From Camelus ferus (Eukaryota): a DNA stretch of 64,000 nt. Location of the stretch: the NCBI RefSeq assembly GCF_009834535.1, contig NC_045704.1, forward strand, positions 29,760,001 through 29,824,000. Reading direction: 5' to 3'. How positions within the stretch are numbered: the first letter of the stretch is position 1; every line of letters begins with the position of its first letter. Under the pieces are notes generated by a model. The model was not told the DNA's origin. It ran no database searches and saw only the letters and a list, made by a program, of their open reading frames with translations. A program made the position numbers and the translations under genes. Below are positions 13,200-22,605 of this stretch, one piece after another.

Positions 13200-13860
13200 C
13201 ACACACACAAACAAAAGAATTTTGTATTTAAATGAGTGAATTTATGGCATGTAAATTATACCTCAAGAAACCTCTTCCAAAATGAAGGAGTGTTTAGCAC
13301 AGATCTACCCAAAAGAGCTGCTCCCAGGTATGCGTCTCACAGGGTAAATGAAAACAGATATTTAGAAAAAAGATGCATGTATATATATAATCAAAAATAT
13401 TTATTCATAGTAACCCACACTTAAACTAACCCAAATGTCCATTATTAAGAGAATGGATTAATATTTTGTGATATAATCTTACAAGATCAAATTATTCAGC
13501 CCTACAAACAGAATGAATGGCGTATTCAAATAAAAACATGTAGCTCTAAAAACATTCCTTAGAGCAAAAGAGACAGACATCAAAGTATTCATTGTGATTT
13601 TTTTCATTTTCATCAAGTTCAGCCACCATCAGACTGATGGATGCATGCCGTGAGAGTATGTGTATTTCTACTGAAATGTGACGGAGGGTATATATTCTAT
13701 GTTAATGGATGTGATTCAAACATGTGGCTTGTACACTGACTTTTCCGATACTGTTGAGGGTTAGGAATTTGAAAGATTTGTGAAATCATAAACTTTACAT
13801 TGACACATTTCACTATGTTTTTATTGTATACAGATACAAACACACAACAAAAGAGGTAAG
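13200..13860 (+). mobile_element. Old L1ME-like fragments
   Basis: Degenerate L1 3'-end motifs, including aactaacccaaatgtccatt and gcatgtaaattatacctcaa. Confidence 0.45.
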
Positions 13861-13961
13861 AAAGAATTATCATTAGACAATAATAGAGAAAATGACATTT
13901 TAGTTCCAACCCTCTCCTCTGACAACACCCTCCTCCCCACCGACACTGACCAGATAACTGA

Positions 13962-14044
13962 CCAATCCAGGACGTCAGTTGGGTTCCAGGTGGAATGTTG
14001 GGGTGTCCCCTGGGGCTTGCTGTGGCTGGTGGCTCCATGGTAAC
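13962..14044 (+). promoter_or_regulatory. Candidate promoter motifs upstream of the retrogene (CCAAT, CRE-like, RFX X-box-like)
   Basis: CCAAT 13962-13966, GACGTCA 13971-13977 and GGCTCCATGGTAAC 14031-14044. Motif matches only. Confidence 0.35.
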
Positions 14045-14072
14045 TGGGCAGAGCCCTGGGTGGGTCAGTGCC

Positions 14073-14699
14073 ATGGAGGGGCTGCCATCCTCTGTGGAGC
14101 TTGGCTTTGGGCTGATCCTTAGGAAGCTGAGTGCGATCCTGGTTTTGCTGCTGTTCAGTGGCCTGTGTTCTCAGTTCATGTTCTGGAGCCTCCACAGGGA
14201 GACAGCATTGAGTCTACCTGTCCTCACCTTATTGCTGGGTGTCTCATTCAGTTTCAGACTTATTTGGTCTGTTAGAAGTCAACTTAACAGAAGACATGAA
14301 AAGCAACTGGCAAAAACACTCGCAGCACAGATTAAGGAGAAATGCCACCTCATCGACCAGCTTTGTGTGGCTAAAAATGATCATGCCAAGATGGAGATAA
14401 CTGTAAAGAATGCCAAGCTACAGGAGCCAGTAAATATACCCAGCCTCGCTGACACTTACACAAAGTTGATGACAATCAACCTGAGCTCAAGGAAGGAAAT
14501 CAGTTTTCTCATCCAAGAACTGAGAAAAGAGAGATCCTTACAGTCTATACAGGAAGAGATGGTGGAGACGCTAAAAGTGCTCAAGTTCCTGGAAGAGATC
14601 ATGAGACTCAGCACATCACAAGGCACTTTTACACACCAGCCAGGGGACCGAGCACCAAGTCCTGATGGTCCCTTTCCCAGGAGTGGGCCCTCGTCTTAA
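14073..14699 (+). CDS. Intronless, diverged cTAGE family (cTAGE5/MIA2-like) retrogene, 208 aa: membrane anchor + coiled coil + stub of proline-rich domain
   Basis: Lies within track ORF 13995-14699. The ATG at 14073 has a strong Kozak context (gccATGG). MEGLPSSVELGFGLILRKL resembles the recalled cTAGE5 start MEEPGATPQPYLGLLLEEL. SVRSQLNRRHEKQLAKTLAAQIKEKCHLI resembles SVRSRLYVGREKKLALMLSGLIEEKSKLL. SLADTYTKL..EISFLIQELRKERS resembles SLEATCEKL..EILCLEKELKEEKS. No introns. Expression is not shown, so it could be a pseudogene. Confidence 0.8.
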   Translation: MEGLPSSVELGFGLILRKLSAILVLLLFSGLCSQFMFWSLHRETALSLPVLTLLLGVSFSFRLIWSVRSQLNRRHEKQLAKTLAAQIKEKCHLIDQLCVAKNDHAKMEITVKNAKLQEPVNIPSLADTYTKLMTINLSSRKEISFLIQELRKERSLQSIQEEMVETLKVLKFLEEIMRLSTSQGTFTHQPGDRAPSPDGPFPRSGPSS

Positions 14700-15371
14700 A
14701 GCTGTGCTGTTCCCTCCCCTCCACTCAGGCCTCCCAAGCTGCCAGGCTGCATTCACTCACTCAGTCAGATCCCCACCTGAGCTGCACTGAGGCCAGTGGA
14801 GGGAGGGCAAGCCCCTCCTTTGGACCAGAGTTCCTCCAACTTTACCAGTGAGCACAGCAGTGAACTCCTTCATGGTCAACATCTCTCATCCAAAATATAC
14901 TGGAATTCCCAGAACACACCACGAAGCGTGGGACTTTTTTTATGTCCAGCAAATGTTTGGATTATCTCTCATTAGTTGTGAAAGAAATGTTGTAATTGAA
15001 ACTGATCTTCTACTTAGTTTGAATTATATTAAGCCTCATATCTCAAGACAGTTTGGGTAACTATTATATATCAGCAATGCAAGTGAAGTGTATATATAGT
15101 TATTCTATATATATTATATTTGTATTATAGTATAAATATTGCATTATAATTTTAAAATGTATGCAATTTGTCAATATAAACTTTTAGATGGCCATAGCAT
15201 TTATTTCTAGAGTTTAATTCTGAAGTCATAAGTTTAAGTCAAAGAGCCTTTTTTACCTGAGTATGTATAGCTTAAAAAAAATAGATGAACTTTTTAAAGA
15301 TGAAGCTAAATTGTACTCTTAGAAGAAACTTTTATCATTTAATTTTTATATTCTGTTATAACAATACCCAG

Positions 15372-15383
15372 AATAAAAATAAA
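15372..15383 (+). terminator. Tandem polyadenylation signals closing the retrogene's AT-rich 3' UTR
   Basis: AATAAA at 15372-15377 and 15378-15383, followed by a short A-run near 15397-15402. Confidence 0.5.
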
Positions 15384-17629
15384 TTTGATAAATTTTAAAA
15401 AATTACATTGAGGATAGATGTGGTGTGGAACATACACACGTGCTCAGAAAAGCTGCTCTGAGCCAGTCTGATGGTACTTTGGTGACGCTGGGTAATACTT
15501 GGTAATTGTCAGCTGTTGGATAAAGCTATTGGGTGACCCTTGGTCCTTGCTTTCTATGCCATTCACATTGAGCTCTGGGATGCTCTTCATTCTCCTCTGC
15601 ATCTCCTTAACAACTCCTGACGACCTAGTCCTGGGACTCCCTTTTCCTCAGGCTCCCTTGGGCCGCTAGGGCTGAGGATGCCTTTGCGGAGCTGGTATGA
15701 GCTCCATCATATCTTGGCTGGGGTCAGGGCAGTGCAGTTGGTTTTCGCTGAGGCCAAGCTTGTGGGTTACAGTGTCTGCCCCTACCTTGCAGAAAGTGAG
15801 GCTAGAACACAGCAGTAAATACACAGGACATCACCCTTTTAAATATCAGGACTGGATCTTGGGCTCCCCGACATTTGGTACTCAAAAACAGCTCTGGCAA
15901 ACAGTCAAACATTCACACAGAAGACCAGAAAAGACAACATCTACAAAGAATTGGGAGACAACTCACAGCTGTCCTGGAGAATCTCTTTGGAGGTGGTCTT
16001 GTTGGGCCCTGTGCTTCCAGGCAGACTGACCCTAGCCCAACCTCAGAATGGTGGAAACCCCAGGCCTCGGACCCCTGCCTCCTCCCTGGATTCCCCCACA
16101 GGTCATGGGAAGGCTAACCCACCATTCCAACAGCAAAGCCCCATGGTTTGCTCTGGGGCTGGGAACCTTGGGGCCGGGGCCTCAGAAGCCCCTCACCTGC
16201 TTCTCCCCTCCCTGGCAAATGTCTCTTTATCAGTCGCCAACGATCAGTTTCTCAGAGATCTTCTGGCTTTTATTTTCTCCCCATGAACATTATCTATTTG
16301 TCCAATTCATTCCGAAAATAGCCCGGCCCAGCCATCTCATAATGCCCCTAGCCTGTGTCACTCAAAACAGGGGCCCGGCAGGAGGTCCGAGCTCTTCTTC
16401 CTGTCCTTTCTCTTCTTTAATAAGCAGACCCCGGGCTTCAGTCAATGCGTTTCCTCCAGATTCATGAGTTGGCTGCTTCTGCAGCGGCCCCAGATCCTGC
16501 AGATAAATCTCCCCCGGAGCTGTGAACACAGATAGAGGGGAACAGCTCCACCGGATCCTCAGAGAGGGGACCATGGAGACACCAGATTTATTACCCACCC
16601 TGTCCCTTAGGGTGTCTCCTCCTTGACCTTCAGGAAGAAGAAGGGCCAGTGTACGGTTTTTGCTGCCAGGGACTGAGATGCCAAAGGCGCTGCCTCCAAA
16701 GGTGCCCTCCCTGCTTGTCGTTGGTGACAAGTGGAGAGCCCGGTTGTGGAAGATGGTAGGTGAGGGGCCTTAGCCCCTAAAGGAAGGGATGACCATGCTG
16801 CTGGCCTTGCTGGGGACTCACCACTGCTGGAGGGAAATGCACTGATTTCTAGTCCTGCTCTCCAGGGTCACTCTGGGTTAATTTTAGCTGCTTCTCTGCC
16901 CCTGGATGGGCCACACATTTTTCCTCCTTAGCTGCGTCCAAGGCTCTCTTCTCACACAGCCCCAGCACCCACCCAAGCAAAATTGAGACATGTGCTTATG
17001 ACAGTGTGTTTCCATGAAGACAGATCGCTCTCTCTCCAAGGTCAAAGCTCCCGCTGGCCAGGCTCTTTGGCAAACGATTCGTCAAACAGGGCAGCGGGCA
17101 GCAGAGAGTCAGCTCTCAGGCCCCTGGCTGGTTGACACGTCAAAACCTTTCAGAGGATTATTGTGCCCTGTAGAACTTTTCTCCTTCCACTGTCTGTCTG
17201 GGCCTCCCCTGCCGGCACCCCCGACATGGAGGGATGAGTTGGCGCAGTATCAGAAATTATGACAGGGACCCAGAAGGCAAAACAAATCCTTCTGCAGAAA
17301 TTGGGAAATTTCTCAGTCATTTTCCAAGGCAAGAGCCGTGGCCCCTTGTGAGATTTAAAAAACAGGACAGCGAAGACATTGTGCTTGTTCGCTTACTTGT
17401 CAGGCTCCCACATCTGCGAGCGGGACTGTCTTGTTCGCCACCGGCCCTTAGCACAGGGCTGGCTTTTGTTAACTTGTGTATGTACTCATGTGTTTACTAT
17501 TTATTAAATGTCTACTATTAGCCTGGCCCTGGGCACAGGGTTCCTGTCCTCAGGGAGCTTACTGCCTTGTAGAAGCTCTCACTCCATAACGAGGGGAAGG
17601 ACATATAAAGGTATTAATGGATTCAGAGA

Positions 17630-18020
17630 TGTTACAAAGTTTACTCTGGGAGGCACCCTCGAAACCACACCCAGGGACCCGGCCTCTGAAACTTGAGCCC
17701 TCCTGTGACGCCCTCCCCTCCTGGGGGGGGTCCTCCTTTCTGAGGAACGGAAGACAGCATAAGTGATGGCACGTCACTACGAAGATGATTTAAAACGTGA
17801 CTTCTGCCCTGCTTGTCACTGATCTCTCCCTCTCTGAACTCCACCTCTAATAGAACTGTCCACGGTTGATCATAAGCTCTGAGGTGCCCCCACCCCCATT
17901 CTTAAAGAGCTGACTTTCAAGAATGCTCAGCTGAAACCCTTTGGAGAGTTAGGGTTTTGGGGGGCATGAGCTACCCATTCTTCTTGCTCAGCCCAGCAAT
18001 AAATCTTTCTCTGCTTAACA
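17630..18020 (+). mobile_element. ERV1-type solo LTR with target-site duplication
   Basis: Termini TGTTA...TAACA. 5-bp direct repeat AGAGA at 17625-17629 and 18021-18025. AATAAA at 17998-18003. Confidence 0.8.
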
Positions 18021-18039
18021 AGAGAAAAAATTGCCACTT

Positions 18040-18320
18040 GTAGCCCTACCAGAGGCCCACGTGGCAGGGAACCCACGGCTGCAGTGAAGCACCTGCAAGT
18101 TCCCGAGTCCTGTCAACCGCCTTGTAAGTGAGCTGGAGGTGGCTCTTTCTCGGGTTGACCCTTGAGGTGACTGCAGCCTCAGTCAACCCCTCAATTCTAG
18201 CCTGGGACAGATCCTGAAACAGAGACCCCAGCTAAGCAGTCAGACCCCTGCCCCACAGAAGCTATGAGATATTGGACGTTTGTTGTGTTTAACTGCTAAG
18301 TTTTGTAGTGGAGTTTTTGA
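18040..18320 (+). mobile_element. MLT1 LTR 3' fragment
   Basis: gaggtgactgcagcctcagtcaac...ccccacagaagctatgagata...ctgctaagttttgtag. Confidence 0.65.
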
Positions 18321-18564
18321 TTAGAGGTTATAGAAGAAGCCCTGTGGAAGTGAGGTGGCTAGGAAAGGCCCACCTGAGGACATCGCCTTGAAGGATGTGT
18401 AGGACCAGATGTACAAAAGGCTGGAAGAATAGCATTGCAAGCAAAGGGAACAGCATGTGCAAAGGCACTTAGGCAGGAAAGGGCTTGGATTATTTTGAGT
18501 CATGGCTAAAAAGTCAGGCCTGGATGGTAGGCTTGTCTCTTTATTTCTTTAAAAAAAAGGTATT

Positions 18565-19025
18565 TTTTTTTTATTGAAATATAGTTGATTCGCAATGTTG
18601 TGTTAGTTTCTGGTGCACAGCATAGTGATTCAGTTATACATACTCTTTTTCATATTCTTTTTTATTATAGGTATTACCAGATATTAAATATAGTTCCCTG
18701 TGTTACATTGTAGGGCCTTGTTGTCTATCTATCTTATATATAGTAGTGTGTATCTGTTAAAACCAAACTCCTAATTTAGCCCTCCCCTCCTTTCCTCTTT
18801 GGTAACCATAGTTTGTCTTCTATGTCTGTGAGTCTGTTTCTGTTTTGTAAGTAAGTTCATTTGTATCATTTTAAATATTCTGCATATAAGTGATATCATA
18901 TATTTGTCTTTCTCTGTCAGACTTACTTCACTTAGTATGATGATAGACTTAGCTCCATCCACGTTGCTGCATATGGCATTATTTCATTCTTTTTTATGGC
19001 TGAGTAGTATTCCATTGTATATATA
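18565..19025 (-). mobile_element. Lineage-specific L1 3' end
   Basis: T-tract followed by attgaaatatagttgattcgcaatg...gctgcatatggcattatttcattctttttatggctgagtagtattccattg. Confidence 0.85.
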
Positions 19026-19074
19026 TGGCTTGTCCCTCTATTTCCACTGTCTTTATTTCCCAACTCAGCCTTGA

Positions 19075-19230
19075 AAAGTGGGCATTATTATTCCCACCAC
19101 ATTGCTGGGGGAAACTGAGGCAGAGAGTGGTCTGTCACCAGTAGAAGTTCACACAACTAGAAACAGAGAAGGACTTGGAGTCCCAGCCTAAGTTTTCATC
19201 ATCTAGAACCTGTGTATTTGCTCATAACTC
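19075..19230 (-). mobile_element. MIR SINE fragment
   Basis: attattattccc...ggggaaactgaggcagagag. Confidence 0.6.
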
Positions 19231-19479
19231 TTAGTACCATGTGACTTCTTCCAACCATTTATCAGACCCCCTCCCCCACACTCCTGATACTACGTTCTAG
19301 GAACACGTGGTTCCTGTCCTGATGTAGCTCATAATTTGGAGGGAGAGATAGAGAGAGGAAACGTTTTCCAGGGCTTTAATCTTTGTTCCTCATATAAACC
19401 CTGCAAGGCAGCTGAGCATGGACAGGCATCATCCTTGTCCCCATTTACAGACAGAGAATGGGAAGCCCAGAGAGGATAC

Positions 19480-19498
19480 TGGCCAGCAGGGGGCACCT
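19480..19498 (+). promoter_or_regulatory. CTCF motif
   Basis: TGGCCAGCAGGGGGCACCT compared with the consensus TGGCCASYAGRKGGCRCY. Confidence 0.5.
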
Positions 19499-20437
19499 TG
19501 TTAATGAAGGGGAAATGTGGTCTAGATCCCAGGTTCTCACACTCTTCCCTCTATGCTCAGGGTCCTAATTCATGCAGAAGCCCCCGAGAAAGGTGCTGAG
19601 TGCCAACAGACTCTTTATAACCAGCTCTGCTATCAAACTAGATTTGTACGCATCACAGTTGCTTGGTTGTGTACATGACAATTCTCACAAAGCAGCTGAA
19701 TGTGGAAAACTGATGTATGGTACACGAAAATCTTTGACTGTACAGTTTTACTATAGGCTTTGCTTATAATAAGTAGACTTTCTGGTTCATTAATCATAAG
19801 AACTCGAGGAACAATCCAAACTTGCAGGGCAGTATGTATCTCCCCAATGGGCAATTGACTTCTTGTCTTCTTAACTCCCACCGTGCTTTGGTCTTAATTT
19901 AAATGTGACTTCCTCAGAAAGGCCTGGCTTGAGTCCCAACACCAGTTAGGGTTGTGCCCCTCCCAGCATCCCCGGCAGCTCCTTCTTGGCTCTTACCATG
20001 ATGTGTAATAGACGACATTATTCGGGGGTCCATTTATCCAACGTGTGTCTCCCTGTGAGCCTCAGGCAGGCAGACCAGTGTGTTTGGAGTTCACTATTGA
20101 ATCTCAGCCTAGCACTGCGTGTGGGGTGTGGTAGGAACCCAGTCAATTTTGTTAAAGTAAAATGGTGCCATTGACTCATCACCAACACACTGTGGGGCAG
20201 GTTGCTGAGTTGTGGGTGTGGGAGGGTGGCGTGGGATACCTTTGGGGTGGAGGTGAGGGTGAGGGTGTAACTGAACAACCGGAACCTAACAACAACAAAA
20301 ATTATAATAGTGGTTCATATTGATTGAGCACTTTATGGATGCATGTAAGTGTTTCAAGGGTACCACAAGTTAGGTGATTTCAAGGAATAACTTAGAGATA
20401 GGTATTCTTCACACAAATATTCTCCCATGCAAGTAAT

Positions 20438-20553
20438 GAGGTGACCAACTTGCCCACGTTAGTCTGGGACTGTCTCATTGCTAAAACTGAAAGGCCTTAG
20501 CATACTAGGGACCCCCTCAGGCTCAGGCAAAATGAGATGGCTGGTCCTCCCAG
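20438..20553. mobile_element. MER81-like hAT-Blackjack MITE
   Basis: ggtgaccaacttgccc...gggactgtctc...aaaactgaaagg...gaccccctcagg...ggctggtcctccc. Confidence 0.55.
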
Positions 20554-20584
20554 CAAGGGGAAAACAGTCAGTGGACTTTTGCCA

Positions 20585-20615
<31 letters not shown>

Positions 20616-20700
20616 TTATACGAAAGAGGAGGGAGAGGAGGAAGAGAAAGAAATCAGCAGTGAGTCTGGGAACAGTGAATCTTGCTTGCATTTGTCAGGG

Positions 20701-20714
20701 GTGTGTGTGTGTGT

Positions 20715-20746
<32 letters not shown>
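20701..20746. repeat. (GT)n microsatellite
   Basis: About 23 dinucleotide units with one interruption. Confidence 0.97.
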
Positions 20747-20747
<1 letters not shown>

Positions 20748-22489
20748 GAGAGGAGGTGGTAAACTGATTAGTTAGCAGCTAGAAAAGAGGCCAGGTTGTG
20801 CATCCTGTCCTTGAGCAGGATAGTGAAGGATATGACAGAAAACAATTTTCATTGCGTATAGTTTCTGCAGAAAACCTGTGCAGCGGGTGTGGCTGGCCAC
20901 TCTGGGTCATGTCTGCCAGGTCCTTCTAGCAGCCGTCGCTGTAAGCAAGGCCAGCTCGTCACCACTTCCCTTAGCCGAATTCTCAGTAGCCTGTGCTAAG
21001 TTCTATAGTGCAGCATCAGCACCAGGCTTTGGGGACCCAGAGTCGGGGAGACCTCAGTTCCAAGATGAGGAGAGGAATTGGCAGTTGAGTAGGAAGAGTC
21101 TTCACTTTCCCTGTGTTTCAGGTGAAACTCTTCAGTCCTCTGTTACTTGTCCTAAATAAATGTTGCTTTGGGTCATCAGAGCATACACGGAGACCCTTCA
21201 TGGTTGTTTCTGGAATTCGTGGCCCCTTGGGGAAGTTCTGCTCGCACCATGGCACTGGCAGGTGAGGGTTGCATGGTTCTGGGTGAAAATTCTAGACGCT
21301 CATAACCCTTGGCTGTAGAAACACTCCATATTCTCAGGCAGCAGATAAAGATGGGTGAAAATAAATTTCTCAGTGACATGAAACACATCCTGGGTTCTTA
21401 AGGATGAAGGGGTTCCTTAATGGAACAGAAAAACAATCCCATTTCTGTGTGGCTCTCAGGGCCACCCATGAGACGAGGGAGAATGTTTTGTGCAGAAGGT
21501 AAGGGTGTGAGCAGGAGGGCTGGGCCCTATATTCTCAACCGAGACCAGTCCCTCAGGTATTTGTTTGCATATTAAAATCCATTCCTTTCTTCATCCTTTC
21601 ATTTTTGTCCATTTGTTTGTTTACTCATAAATTCCTTTATTCTTAGGTATTCATGGTTTCACTTATTCCTTCATTTGTGCTCATTCCACCTCCCCACCCC
21701 TATTCTTAAAAGTTTTTACTGAATACTTACTATGTTGTCAGAGACGTGCTAAGTGTTCTGGGCCAGAAGGGGTCCCTGCCTCAGGCAGGAGCTCTCTTTC
21801 TCATTGTGGTAATAGATCCTTCCCCATAACCCTAATCCAAGGTGTCTTTGGCTGAGTCCTGAGTGGTGGGCCTCAGAAGATGCCTATCTGGAAACATTGG
21901 TCACTGCAGTTTGTGAAGAATTCCTGAATCCTCAGCATCATTGAGAGACTCAGTACAGAACCCATGGGCTTTTTGGCCAGGCCTCTGGGGACTGGATCCC
22001 TGTGGGTGACCAATAAGATGATCCTGGCCCCAAAGTAGATTTTCTCTTGACTCAGATGGTCGAAGGCTCGGTCTCCATTTCTTGGCTTTGTTGGCCATGT
22101 TTACAAGGTGATGACGGAGGCAGAGCCCAGGCCTCCCTTGCCCATCAGCACAGCCTCAGGAATCTAGAAGCTACAGAGACAGAACTTCTGTATTTCTCAA
22201 AATACCCACAGGAAACCAAACCAAGTGGGAGTTCAGGGACCAGGCAGCAAAACTCCAAGGAAGGCTGGCCAAGGCCATATGTCCCATCTTCCTGTGCCCT
22301 CCTGAGCGCTCAGCCATGCTAGGCATCGTGGGGGGCCCAAGAGGGAAGAAAGAACTCAGTCTTTGCTTTGGAAAGATGCAAGAAGATAACACAAAACACA
22401 AAAATAAACAATACTTGTATACCGTTTACAAAAAGGTTTTACATTGCTCTTCTTGTCTGAGCCTCCTTGGGGCTGTGTGAGGAGATGAG

Positions 22490-22605
22490 ATATCATTGCC
22501 CTTTTTTGACATGTAAAGAGAGTACTGGAATTGTCCAAAGTCACACAGTGAATGGACAGCAGAGTCAGGATTTGAACCCAGGTCTCTTTGATTCCAAATC
22601 ACTCA
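22490..22605 (-). mobile_element. MIR SINE fragment
   Basis: ttgtccaaagtcacacag...caggatttgaacccaggtct. Confidence 0.65.

Noticed and set aside
13995-14072. Upstream in-frame ATGs that extend the retrogene ORF to 234 aa
   Set aside because: Homology to cTAGE5 begins at the Kozak-strong ATG at 14073. The extension is possible but unsupported.
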